DNA of 63,851 bases, the filler included, from Olpidium bornovanus S191 (taxonomy: Eukaryota; Fungi; Olpidiomycota), in assembly GCA_017911155.1 (NCBI GenBank). It is 27 parts of 27 records of this genome, joined end to end, with 100 filler letters (N's around TTAATTAATTAA, not from the genome) between each part and the next. Parts side by side here need not be neighbours in the genome. Positions count along the whole stretch, not along the records: positions 20,794 to 24,278 come from JAEFCI010006705.1; positions 24,379 to 26,480 come from JAEFCI010012270.1; positions 26,581 to 29,501 come from JAEFCI010009062.1; positions 29,602 to 31,091 come from JAEFCI010006748.1; positions 31,192 to 33,636 come from JAEFCI010011766.1; positions 33,737 to 35,124 come from JAEFCI010008710.1; 21 more parts are not named here. The stretch is one strand, 5' to 3'. Made by a program: the position numbers and the translations under genes. Under the pieces are notes generated by a model. That model did no database searches. It was not told where the DNA came from and saw only the letters and a list, made by a program, of their open reading frames with translations. This document shows positions 22,872 to 34,620 of the stretch, one piece after another (positions within the stretch are counted from its first letter, which is position 1; every line of letters starts with the position of its first letter).

Positions 22872-24278
22872 CCCGCCGCCGACACGCTGCTGGTGTACGT
22901 GTACTACGACGGCGTCTTCACCTGGAGAGATGCCCTGATGAAGCCGACAATATGGCCCGCCGAACCTGTCCACGTGAGGAAAACATGTTAAAACGGCCGA
23001 AACGGAAACGCCCGTTTGCAGCAGCCGTCGTCGCGCCGTACGGGCGGAGGAGGAGGGGGGAGGGGTGGGCCGGGTGGCGGAGTGAGGGTCGCATCGCAAA
23101 AACCGGTGAATTTACATTACGCCCGCGCCTCTTCCGATTTAAACGACTCGACAGCCGGAAAATCTGAGGGTACGGCCGCTCGCCCCGTTTCGTTCCGCCC
23201 CGTCGTCTTCCTCCGTTCTGACGGTCGCGAAGCGCGGGTGGTCTTTTGACTACGTCCACAGTTTTTCCTGCGGCAAGGCTTGGATTCCAGGTACGATTTC
23301 CTGCTGATATTACATAGCGACCTGCCGGATATTGCCCAGGTGCCCGAACGGGAAAACGTTTTTGTTTGGAGAAGAGAGAACAGGTGAGGAGGGGAGGGGG
23401 CGAGGAAGGGGGGGAGGGAGATATATTTATATATATCAGAGTAATACGAGCCGGCGTATCTTAGGCTGGTCCTGCCCTTGCGGCGGCTTCCGGCCGTGGC
23501 GAACTGACGTCCGGTCTGTTTGTTCGATGCCTATGCGCACACGGGGAAAAACTTCAGCTGCTACGACATAGGCGCGTTCCGGCAGGGCGTGGACAAGATG
23601 GAGGAAGTCCACGGGCGTTCGTATCGGCGGTACATCCTCATCAATTCATCGGTGCGCGGGCCTTTCCTGCCCCCGTACCTGCGGGACACCTGCTGGACCG
23701 ACCTGGTGCTGGGCATGCTCGTGGGTAACACGAGGTTGGTCGGCACGACGGTGAACTGCGCGCGGGGCCTGGACCCGCACCTGCAGAGCATGGTCCTGGC
23801 CATGGACCGGCGGGCGTTCGAGGCCGCCCTCCCGGCGATGGGGTGCCCGCGCGACCTGTCCGACGCGGTGCACAAGGGGGAGATCCCGTTCACCTCGCTT
23901 GTCCTCAAGGCCGGCTACGGCGTCAAGGCCATCGCGACCGCCTTCGCGGGTCTTCCGGACTCGCTCGAGGGCTGCGCGACGGGTGACCCGAACTTGCCCC
24001 GAAACTACTTTGGTGCGTGCGCGGGCGCGCGCGGTGCGGGTGTCTCTGTGTGCGTCCGTGTGCGTGCGTGTGCGTGCGTGCGTGTGCGTGCGTGCGTTTA
24101 TGTGTGTTTGTGTGTGTGCGTGTGGGTGGGAGGATGATCGGTGCCCCTCAATTTTTTTCTTTTTTTCGGTTGCGTCAATTTTTGTTTTTTATTTTTTATT
24201 TTTTATTTTTTATTTTTTATTTTTTTTTTTGGTTTTATTTTATTTATGAGCGAGCGGGCGTGCGAAACCCGTTCATGA
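22593..24278 (+). CDS. Type II membrane protein with a 'CYD.G..NSSVRGPF' domain (RgpF-like putative glycosyltransferase), multi-exon, 3'-truncated
   Basis: N-terminal TM segment LLLAVPCACCLAAAPLLLLLLF; motifs CYDIGAF, YILINSSVRGPFLPPY, W, LVGTTVNC, HLQSM and GEIPFT..GY. Confidence 0.6.
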
Positions 24279-25134
24279 NNNNNNNNNNNNNNNNNNNNNN
24301 NNNNNNNNNNNNNNNNNNNNNNTTAATTAATTAANNNNNNNNNNNNNNNNNNNNNNNNNNNNNNNNNNNNNNNNNNNNGCCACCGGGGGACATCCCTCCA
24401 CTCCCGCCCGGCGGTGTGCTTGACAAGTGAATTCGTGCTGCACCCTCACCAAAGCAAAACAAACCTACGCTCCGTTTTCCCCGCCGACGACTACCATGGC
24501 GTCTCACCCGATCCTCCAACCGCGTCAGAGCAGCAGCGTCCGGTGCTTCCAGAAAATCGGCCCGAAGCGGCATTGCACTGTACACGAATTCGATGAAATC
24601 CACTGCAATGCAAACACCCCCCAAAGGCACCGCACTCACTGAAGTGCAGGCCATTCTGAAGCTAGGGGTCAGAAAGTCAGGTTTGTACTTTTTATCTACT
24701 GTGCGCCAGGCGCGTATTTAGCGCGTGGGCTTGCCATATCCGTAGATTGACTCATCGGTCCAAATGATGCATTTCCAAGAGTTTAGTGCTTGTGTGCCTT
24801 GCCAAAATCGAGCCTCTTGCGATGTGCCCAGGGTTCAAGAAAACCATACTGCACCAAATTCGAGCACGGATTGTGCCGCAAAACATATCGAAAGAGCAGA
24901 TTGCGCAGCAAGATCACCCAGCCACCAGAAACCCTTCCAAACAAAGGAAGAAAAAAAAGGAAAAAAAGAAAAACATACGATAAAAAAGAAGAAAAATATG
25001 ATAAAAGAAAGAAAATATGAACAAAAACAAAAAAGGAAAAAAAAGAAGGGAAAGGAAAAAAAACAAAAAAGGAAAAAAAAAGAAGAGAAAGAAAAAAAAC
25101 AGAAAAACAAAAAAAATAAAAAAAAGAGTAAAAG

Positions 25135-25206
25135 TGGAGGCGCCGGGGATTGAACCCGGGGCTTATTGCATGCGAAGCAATCACTCTACCACTGAGTTAC
25201 GCCCCG
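25135..25206 (-). tRNA. tRNA-Ala (anticodon CGC)
   Basis: Cloverleaf with D-stem ACTC/GAGT, anticodon stem ATTGC/GCAAT around TTCGCAT, T-arm CCGGG-TTCAATC-CCCGG and a G3:U70 alanine identity pair. Downstream oligo-T terminator. The 1-72 pair is C-C. Confidence 0.93.
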
Positions 25207-26164
25207 TAGTGACGAGTTGTTCAAAAGGTGTGACGTATTTTATTTAGTACTGTCTACGAACCCTCGGTGCGCAACGCGCCGCCGACCGGGCGGAAAAACA
25301 CGCCGCGGTTCCCTCCCCGGCACCGCAAACGGATGACTTGGCGCACGGTCCAACAGTTTCCGCCGACTTTTCTTTTTGTGGTTGACGTCGCGAACCGGCC
25401 CCGCACTGCTACGTGCCCGCTGAGAACGCGCGCTTCATCACCCGAGTGTCCCCCAACAAAAAACGGTTTAACTACCATTGCGGACGCTTGCAGCCTTAGT
25501 TACCCGGAACACCGCTGACAGTCTGCGGATGCGCGGAATGACGATGCAGCGCTTTCACGCCGATGCTCGTGGAACACACACATTACGAATTAGAGCAAAA
25601 GATGGTAACTGGTCAATACCTGTCCGAGTCTCCACCATCCCAGTCCGCTGGATGGGAGCTTCCGAGGCCTCAGTCAATACCCCAAGAAGAATCTAATGAA
25701 TTCTACGAGTAACCAGGGAAAACGACGGCAATACGCGCGCTCGCAGTTTCGTTTCACTGGCTGAAAAAGAGATGCGACACGAGACCGAACTTAGTTGGAT
25801 TCCCGACAGACATCCGGTGAACACTGGCAGCGCAACGCCGACTGGGGCATTTGCCCGGCATGAACCTCTGTAGAATTAAGAGTTTGACCCGATTTTCCAA
25901 ATACGTATCCCTCGCCAGAGGGTCGGTGACCTCCATCGGACAAGGGCCGACTTCAGTCACATCAAGACGGCGTCCGGGAATACGCATGCATCCGGGAATA
26001 CGCGTGCATCCCGCTAAACATGGTATCAGTCACTACGCCAAACAGAATGGCGGAAGATGACGGTTTACACGGGGGATGACAGCCGCAATGACGACACAAA
26101 TACAATTCCAGTCGCATCGGCCAGGCTTCGGCAAACCATCGCCGGCTCGCACACCCTCCCTTTC

Positions 26165-26431
26165 TCATTCATTCCAGCTCCCGTAAAATTTGTGGTCCTT
26201 CATGTAGTCCTGGCCGAGCTCGTCGTACTCGCGCCGCGTCACCGCTGACCGTCTAAACACATCCTCTTCCCTCCGCGTCCACAATGCAGCCCCTCTCCAT
26301 GGATCAGTCTCCGGTTCCTTGGCTCGGTACACCCTTAAAGGCGCTCCGGGAGGCAGGATCATGCGGAGGTCGCGGGCAATCCGCTCGTCGAACGACGGGA
26401 TACGCGAGGGCCCGCCGGCGAGGAAAACGTT
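26165..26431 (-). CDS. ARP5: Actin-related protein Arp5 (INO80), last exon
   Basis: NVFLAGGPSRIPSFDERIARDLRMILP..DPWRGAALW..VTRREYDELGQDYMKDH: an actin-fold C-terminus with the Arp5-like EY.E.G..Y.K[DE]H tail. Confidence 0.85.
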   Translation of the reverse strand, partial: NVFLAGGPSRIPSFDERIARDLRMILPPGAPLRVYRAKEPETDPWRGAALWTRREEDVFRRSAVTRREYDELGQDYMKDHKFYGSWNE

Positions 26432-26580
26432 CTGCCGAGGAAAAAACGAGGGAACAAAAGAAGCGGAAGAAGTTTACGAANNNNNNNNNNNNNNNNNNNN
26501 NNNNNNNNNNNNNNNNNNNNNNNNTTAATTAATTAANNNNNNNNNNNNNNNNNNNNNNNNNNNNNNNNNNNNNNNNNNNN

Positions 26581-26856
26581 CATGGCAGAGCAAGTGTTCG
26601 AGACCCTTTGCCCGAGGATGTCACCGGGAGGGATCCAGTTGATGATGGATGTACGACACTTACCGCTGATTGTTCTTTACGTTTCGTTTGGATATCCGTT
26701 CCAAGACCCTTGTGGATTTTGGCTGACCTCGCGTTGATGACGTGTTCAGGTGCTCAAGGCGAAGGACGGTGTTGAGGGCGAGGCGGAGCTTTTCGACGAG
26801 GAGGAATTGGAGGACGGAAGCGATGACGACCTGGGCGACGAGGACGAGGACGAGGT

Positions 26857-26887
<31 letters not shown>

Positions 26888-28357
26888 ACGCCGCCGAAAG
26901 ACGCTGAGAAGCAATCTCGCGGAAACAGCGGGAATAAACGCACTGCCGACGAAGCACTCAATCAGGACCTTGACAAGCACCTCTTCGCGCCAAACGTCAG
27001 AGCGGCGGCGAAAAAGGAGACAGAAACCGAGGTCGAGAGCGAGGAGGAGGAACTCCTGGGTGACGAGGAAATGCGCAAGTTTGACGGGAAGATCGCCGAA
27101 GTCATCCGGCAAATGAAGTTGGAGAAATCCCGGAAGAGGGGTACTGGTCGCTCTCTCTTTTTTTTTTTTTTTTTTTTTGCTTTTTTGTATTTGTTGTTGA
27201 CTGGCCGGCTTTCCCTCAGACGCGAAACAAAACATCAGAGACTTCAAGAACCGAGTGCTGAACCTTTTTGACATCTTAATCCGGCGCCAGTCGCACAATC
27301 CGATACTCGTAAACCTCGCCGTCCCCCTAGTCCGCTACGCGATTCTCGCGGCCGGGAACAAGGATTCCAAACAACTCTCTGGGCGGGCATCCGTCCTGGC
27401 GAAGAAGCTGTGCAAAACGCACCCGGCGGGCGTCGACCCTGCGGAAGCGTGGGCTGCGCTGGAGGAGGCCCACAAGCTCGCGCGGAAGGCGCCGAACGTG
27501 GAAGCCGTCAGCCTGCTGAGCGCGGTGAGCCTGTTCGCGTGCAAGGTCCTGCTGCGGGGGTCGGAGCAAAGGAAGGCGGACGAAGTTGTCCTCACCGCCG
27601 TGGAAGAGAGGATCGCGTCTGTGTACGGCGAGTCCGTGGACGACTTTCTCGGCCGCAAGGCCAGCAAGCTCCACGCGGCGCCGGTGTTTTCGGAGCTGGC
27701 CAGCCGGTACCCGCGCGTGGCGTGGGCGGTGCTGGTGCCCCGCCTGGTCGGCCGCGTCTCGGCCGCCGCGACCCGGGATTCGGCTCCCGCGGTCCGCGCC
27801 CGGGGCGATGTGACGCACGCCTACCGCCTCACGCAGGCCTTCGACGCGGTCAGGCCCCTGGTTTCCGCAAAAAAGGACGCCGCGGACGACCGGCTGTTCG
27901 CCCAGAGCGTCGAGGGCTTGCGGACGGCTGTCGTGAAGACCCTCGAATGCGTGCCCAACCGCACGGTCCCCGGCCTCAACGCTCTCAGGGTCCGCGAGGT
28001 CTTGAAAGTCGGGCTGCTCGCGCTGAACCGGAGCAGGAACGTGTTGGACAAGGAGGAGGTGCGTCGCGTGTGTTTGGGGCGGAAGTGGAAGGGGGGGGGG
28101 GGGGGGGGTCACCCTTTCCTGCTTCGTTTTTCCTTTTTGTTCGGACTTTCTCGGTCCCTGCGTTCGATTCACGCGCCGACGAAACTTTTTTTTTTTTTTT
28201 TTTTTTTTGCCAGTTCGACCGGGTGTGGCGGGCGTCCGAACTCCGGCGGGCCGTAGAGATTCTCACAAACGAGAACGGGTTCAATAGTCCCGCTCTTGCG
28301 CAGCTCGCGAAAGAGTACATGGCGCTTTTTCCGGAGTCCAGGACGACGGACGAGTGA
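26581..28357 (+). CDS. POL5: Nucleolar Pol5/MYBBP1A ('DNA polymerase phi') C-terminal part
   Basis: EQVFETLCPRMSPGGIQLMMD, an acidic tract, DEEMRKFDGKIAEVIRQMK and KQNIRDFKNRVLNLFDILIRRQSHNP..LAVPL. Spliced, with the stop at 28357. Confidence 0.88.
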
Positions 28358-28757
28358 CGGGGGTACGGTGGGGCGGGTGCGGCGCGGTTCGGGGGTGCAA
28401 TAGATTCAAAAAAAAAACGTTTGCTTTTTTTTTTTAAAAAAAAAAAACACAAGATAAAAAATACAACCACCTTATCGCCACTTAGATATCTGTACATGAC
28501 TTTTCGTGCGCGCGTCCTACCTGTTTTTGATTTTCGCTGGTGAGGACGCTCCCGTTTGATCGCGAGGGGCGGGCCGGTGGGGGGGAGGGGGAGGGGGGAA
28601 CGGGGAGGAGAAGAGGGGCAAGGGAGGAATAGGTCGTGCCGTTGGCGGTGATTATTGCTAGGACTACAGTTATTGTAAAGCCCTACTTGAGCAAACGAAA
28701 AAGTACGTGGAATCTGCAAATTTAGGGTGCTGTACAAACGCGTTGGCCGGGGTTCGG

Positions 28758-28867
28758 TCACCTGCTGACGTCGGGGATTCCGACCACTTCGCAGCTCGCG
28801 CTCCAAAGTTCTTTCTCCTGCCAAAATATGTGCCCGGGTCGACCAGGAAAAATGGACAACAGCGGGT

Positions 28868-28907
<40 letters not shown>

Positions 28908-29375
28908 AGGACGGCCGGTCAGGTTCGCGGACGGAGACGAGCCAAGGGACGATTGATGAACGGAAGGCAGGCGAAAGAAGGCGCGCCCCACCGCTTCGGG
29001 GTCCGCGCCCCAGTCCTCGATCCACGCGCCGTCCTCGTTGTAACCCCCGTTGACGAAATCGCCGCCCTCCGCGACCGCGACGCAGAGGACGGCGTCCGCG
29101 CCCTGTTCCGGGCTCCTGACCCGGCGGCGCGCGAGGATGGGCGCCGCGTAGGTCATCGCGAGCCTGACGAGCAGGTTGAAGTTCCGCCCCAGGCCCGTGG
29201 CGGGCATGAACCCCGGGCTGACCGACGCGGCCGTCACGCCGCCCTGCGGCAGCACCCGCGACGCGAGGTCGTGCGCGACGAGGGAGTTGAAGCGCTTCGA
29301 CAGGCTGTACTGGTCCGGGAAGCCGCGGAAGCCCGCGCGGCCCTCCCGGTCGGGCATCCTGGTGGTCAAACGGCG
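28758..29375 (-). CDS. Short-chain dehydrogenase/reductase (retinol-DH/POR-like), 3' part
   Basis: Catalytic YSLSK (YxxxK), SVSPGFMPATGLGR, RSPEQGA and a terminal ELWSASCEVVGI after an intron. Confidence 0.85.
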
Positions 29376-29458
29376 GATGCTGCGGCAGACGCTTTCTTTT
29401 TTTTTTTTTTTTTTTTTTTTTTTGGGGCGGGGGGGGAAAACCCGGAGACCGGGTGGGG

Positions 29459-29500
<42 letters not shown>

Positions 29501-31317
29501 CNNNNNNNNNNNNNNNNNNNNNNNNNNNNNNNNNNNNNNNNNNNNTTAATTAATTAANNNNNNNNNNNNNNNNNNNNNNNNNNNNNNNNNNNNNNNNNNN
29601 NATACATCTGCCAAAACCAAACCTCGGTTGCCAGCTAGGAATCCACATTTCTGGCACCTAGGTCTGCAATGCCATTGTGACCGTCGTTGAGGTTTTCATC
29701 TTTTTGAGCCAAGGCGCATGTGATCTATCCCTATTCATGACCGTCCTTTTGCTGTGATGTACGAGATCAATAATTTGGCGTCCCCTGCGTTCAATCACTC
29801 GGTCGAGATTGCCAAGGAATACTCTGTGGCAGATCGCTCCCCTGCGCCGATCACGCCAGAAAGTTAACTCGATAATTTCGGGTGTGGCCAAATCGTCATG
29901 GCCGCTGCAGGCTCGCGCCAGGTCTACCTCAGGGCAACCTGGGGAAAGGGGATTGACACGCAGATCAGCGGGAGAAGCGGTCTCAGGGAAGGAATGCCAG
30001 CGGGCGTCAGCAGCAGCGGGAAAGCTGACAACAAAGGCGGGGGAAGCGTGGCGATGTTGCAGGGTTGCGTCGCACGGGGGTGGGTAGCAGTGGAAAAACG
30101 CGGCGATGTCTGTGGAGGCTGCTGCGGGAAGCATCGCTGGGTGTCGCACGTCGGCGGGAAGCAGCGGGGAAAGCGAGGCGCAGCGAAGGCGAATGGGAAG
30201 CATTGGCTGCGGAAGTCTGCAAAGCGCTCGGCGAAGTCTGCCCCTGGCTCTGCGGCGTGTCACACGTTGCTGCGGATGTCGGTAGGAGCAACATGAAAAC
30301 ACAATATCGTTGGTGGCGACGTTGGTGGGCGAGGTTGTTGCACGTCCACGCGTTGCTGCGAGTCGTACGTCGGCGGGGAGCAGCGGGAAACGCGGAGCAG
30401 CGGGAAAGCGCTAGGAGGCCACGTTGAGGGGGGCTGGTTGCGCGGGCGAAGCATGGCGAAGCCGGTTAAGTCTTGCACGCATGTCCTTTCATTTATTCAC
30501 GGGAATGGGCCCTCACGTGTAATTATTTCGCGAATTGGGCCTGAATCCCCATTTCTCTGGGCAGCGGCAGATAGCGAAGCTTTTGCGCGTTTAACGGAAA
30601 AAAAGAGAGAGGGCTCTCGTGCACGGGCGGGCTTTAACCCGTGCAAATCAAGGGTTCTCGCGCGCGAACGAAAGGACCGAAAACGGAAGGGAAAAGGTAA
30701 TTGTGAGGTTAAGCCTTCCGCGGGCGTTTTTTTATTTTTTTTTGTGGGGCGTCCAGTGCACTTTTGAAGTAATTTATGAAATGGATTTGAAGACACGGAT
30801 ATAAACCATTGAATTTTGCGTAACGTCCCACGATCGAGGTGATTGCCGTGGCCTCGCGGTCGGCGATACGCGTTTGGCTCCACCAAAAGTTCCATGTGGG
30901 AGATTTTACAGGCCGGCGGCCGGACTCGTCCGCCCGCGCGGGACGTGGCCTTATTTTTTTTTTATGTTCTTTGCCGTGAAGGTGGGAAGTGTTGCGTTTA
31001 GACATTTCCATGCGCTGCTGCACACCATAGCGCATTCTTTGGGGGCCCTGGGATGCTCTGGGTCTCATTTGGTTCACTTTGGGTGACGTGGNNNNNNNNN
31101 NNNNNNNNNNNNNNNNNNNNNNNNNNNNNNNNNNNTTAATTAATTAANNNNNNNNNNNNNNNNNNNNNNNNNNNNNNNNNNNNNNNNNNNNCCATGGCCA
31201 GGTCGTCGAATCTGCCAACGCCGAGAGAGAGCGGAAGGAAACGCGGACAGCAAAAGTAGGTTTAGATTTCCGGTAAGAGAACAGAAGCACAGCCGGGTTT
31301 CTCCCGGAATTCTCTCC

Positions 31318-31760
31318 TTATTTCTCTCCCGCTATCTTTTCCTCTCTCCGTCTTTCGTTCTTTTTCTCTCTCGCTCTTTCGCTCTCCCCCTCATCTCTTT
31401 TCTTCTCTCCCCCTCCTTCTCTTCTCTTTTCTTCTTTCTTTCCCTCCTTCTCTTTCATTCCTTCCTTCCCTCTCTCAATATCTCTGTTTCTTGACTCTCC
31501 CTCCTCCTCCTCCTCCTCCTCCTCTCACTCTCCTTCCTCCTCCTCCTCTCCCTCTCCTTCCTCCTCCTCCTCTCACTCTCCTTCCTCCTCCTCCTCCTCT
31601 CACTCTCCCCCCTCCTCCTCCTCCTCTCCCTCCTCCTCCTCCTCCTCTCACTCTCCCTCCTCCTCCTCCTCCTCTCACTCTCCCTCGCTCTCTGTCGCTC
31701 TTGATCTCTCTCTTACTCTCTCTCCCTCCTTCGCTCTCCCACCCTCTATTTTTTCCTCTC
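31318..31760. repeat. CT-rich/(CCT)n intronic low-complexity tract
   Basis: Visible pyrimidine repeats. The poly-Pro and poly-Gly ORFs here are artefacts. Confidence 0.9.
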
Positions 31761-31794
31761 GCTCAGTCGGTCTGTCTGTTTTGTCAACGCATAC

Positions 31795-33081
31795 CTCGCA
31801 GGACGCGCTCAGAGGAGTCGTGGACGGCGTCGGACTGAGAGGGCGGGCACCACCGGGCTGCGTTGGCGGAACCAGTTGTCGGGAAGGCAGGTTCAGGTCC
31901 TCGTCCCAGTCCCGGGCGTTGGGCCGGTTGGGCGGCACTTCGAGCTGCTGCTGTTGCTTCTGCGAGTCCGCGACCCCGTCGGGGTCCACGGCGGTCTCGG
32001 GATCCAGCCCGCTGTCGTCCCCCTCGATGCCGTCCTCGTCCGCCGTTTCGTCGTCGTCGTCGTCGTCGTCGTCCTCGTCGTCGTCGTCGTCGTCCTCGTC
32101 GTCGTCGTCGTCGTCGTCCTCGTCGTCATCCTCCTCATAATCATCCCCCCGCGGGGCGCCCAGCTCCTGGTGCGACTGGTACTCCTGCCACGCGCGCTTC
32201 GCCCGCGCCACGTCCGGCGGGAACTCGTGCTCTCCGGGCGGGAGGTGGTGGTTCTTGAGGCGGACGAACTTGTTGCGCAGGGTCTCCCAGTCCCGGAGCT
32301 CGAAGGGCGCCAGGCCGCGGTTGTACCTCAACGCGAGGCGATCCCACTGCATCATCCCCGTGGGGTGAAGCATTTCAACCAGGGTGAGCAGCCCTGGGGT
32401 AGATAGAAAAAAAAATAAAATGAGGTTAAAAATACGAGCGTTGGCGCTCCTGATCAGTCGGCTGGATCAGATCCGGCGCGCCGAAGCGCGATGCGGGTTG
32501 ACCGTCAAGGCGCGGCGTTTTTTTTTCAACCACCGTTTCCGCGGGACCTTCCCTTTTTGAAGGGGCACCGCGCGGGGCACGTTCGGGAGGTGAAGCGGGC
32601 GAGGTTGCGGGAATATCCAGCACTCACTATCGATCTCTCCGGGGGTGAAATTCTTGCCTCTGGTTCGTGTGGCCCTCTTCCCTCGCCGCGACGCCGCGGA
32701 CCGCAAGCCCTGCCGCGGTTGCGGGGTGACATCGGCGGCAGCGTCTGCGGGCGCGCTTTGAAGCGGGGTGGCGGGGGCGGAGGCGGGCACCTGGGGCTGG
32801 GCGGACGCCGCAGGGAGGGCGGGCGGCGGGAAGGGGGACCCGGGGCCCGCCCCTCGCCCCGTTGGCCGCCCCTGCCCCTGCTGCTGCTGCCCCTGTCCCT
32901 GCTGCTGCTGGCCCTGCGCCTTCTCCTGGGCCTGGTGGCCCTGGCCCTGCTGCTGGGGCTGCTGCTGGGGCTGCTGCTGGGGCTGCTGCTTGGGCTGCTG
33001 CTGGCCCTGCGGCGGCTGCAGCAGCTGCTGGCGCGGGGTGAGCTGGCGGAGGAGCTGGTGGTGATTGTCGGGGTGTGTCAT
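31795..33081 (-). CDS. PolyQ-rich protein with Myb/SANT-like (DUF6818-type) domain and poly-Asp tract
   Basis: ATG at 33081 and a Q-rich N-terminus. The spliced RGKNFTPGEID|RLLTLVEMLHPTGMMQWDRLALRYN..RDWETLRNKFVRLK..PPGEHEFPPDVARAK follows the P.G...W..VA..YN..R...L..KF..L..P.G...P..V.RA pattern. Confidence 0.7.
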
Positions 33082-33163
33082 CAGCAGGAAGAGGAAGGGG
33101 GGAGGAAGAGCAGAGAGGCAGAGGGAGCGGAGACGGAGCGCAGAGCAGAGAGGGTGAGAGCGA

Positions 33164-33198
<35 letters not shown>

Positions 33199-33555
33199 AG
33201 AGAGAGAGCAGAGAGAGAGCAGAGAGAGCAGAGGGAGAGAGAGAGCGGCAGAGGATGAGAAAGGAAGGAGGACGAGGAGGACGAGGACGAGAGGCGCCGG
33301 CGTGGGTGGGCGTGCGCGCGCGTTTTGCGTGCGTGCTCTACCAAAAAAAAAAAAAAAAAAAAAAATAAAAAACAAAATAAAAGAAAACAAAATAAAATAA
33401 AATAAAAAAAGGCAAAATAGACTTTCCTCCTCGCCCCGTCCTTTTTTTTCTCTCTCTCGCTTTCTTTTCTCTTTTCTCTCGCAAACCAAATCGAATTCAA
33501 ATAATAAAAAAAGAAAAGAAAAAAAAAAAAAAAAAAAAAGGAGGCGCGACTAGGG

Positions 33556-33594
<39 letters not shown>

Positions 33595-33736
33595 CCCCCA
33601 CCCCCCCCCCCCCCCCCCCACCCCCCCCCCGCCGCCNNNNNNNNNNNNNNNNNNNNNNNNNNNNNNNNNNNNNNNNNNNNTTAATTAATTAANNNNNNNN
33701 NNNNNNNNNNNNNNNNNNNNNNNNNNNNNNNNNNNN

Positions 33737-34287
33737 GTGTGGGGGGGGGGGTGGGGGGGGGGGGGGGGGGGGGGTGCTGCGGCGGAGCGAGAGAGTCCTG
33801 GCGCGGAGGGGCGGGGCGAGGTGGGCCTCTTCTTCTTGAAGGGGGAGTGAAACGGGGAGCGCGCGTGCGGGAGGTTCGGGGGAAGGCGGGAGCGCCCTTT
33901 TATACGCCGGGCGGGGGAGCTGCGGGAGAGGAGAGGGGGGGGGGGGGGGGCGCGGGGGGGGGGGGGGGGGGGGGGTTTTCTTCTTCTGTTTTTCTGTGGG
34001 TTTTTTTTTTTGTTTTTTTTCCCCTCCTCCTCCTCCTTCTCTCACGTGAGCCCCGCGGGCGGAGAGAAGAGAGAGGGGATTAAGGGGAAGAAATTAAGGG
34101 GGGAGGAAAAAGGTGTGTGTGTGTGTGTGTGTGCGTGCGTGTGCAGGAGGGCGTGGGGGAGTGACTGCGCGGGCCGGTGGGGGGGGAGGCCAGCACGCGC
34201 GGGCCGGCCCGGTTGTCGCGTTTTGGAAGCGGGAGGAAAACGAGAGAGCAAGAGACAGAGAGAGCGAAAGCGAGAGAGAAAGAGAGA

Positions 34288-34325
<38 letters not shown>

Positions 34326-34547
34326 CGGGGAGGGGAAAGGGAAGGGGACAGGGGAGGGGAAAGGGGAGGAAAATGGAGGAAAGGGAAAGGAAAGGGAAGG
34401 AAATGGGAAAGGAAGGGGAAAGGGAAAGGGAGGAGGACGGGAAGGACGAGGAACAAAACACGGAGACACCTTCACATGCATTTTCTCTCTCACTCTCTCT
34501 CTCGCTCGCTCTCTCTTGTCCGCGCGGAAGCGTCCCCCACCAGACAC

Positions 34548-34578
<31 letters not shown>

Positions 34579-34620
34579 ACCCCCCCCCCCCCCCCCCACC
34601 CTCTTGACCCATACGCCCCG
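33737..34620. repeat. G/C homopolymers, (GT)n, (GA)n and GGGAAA-type low-complexity region
   Basis: Directly visible. No credible CDS. Confidence 0.85.

Noticed and set aside
29690-29930. Possible copia integrase remnant (..RQIIDLVHH..)
   Set aside because: The resemblance to LxLVHxD is too weak, with no zinc-finger or DDE support.
30620-30646. GCACGGG/CCCGTGC hairpin as a Helitron 3' end; also the CTAG clusters near 4024 and 35706
   Set aside because: The hairpin and CTRR terminus do not co-occur at the expected spacing.
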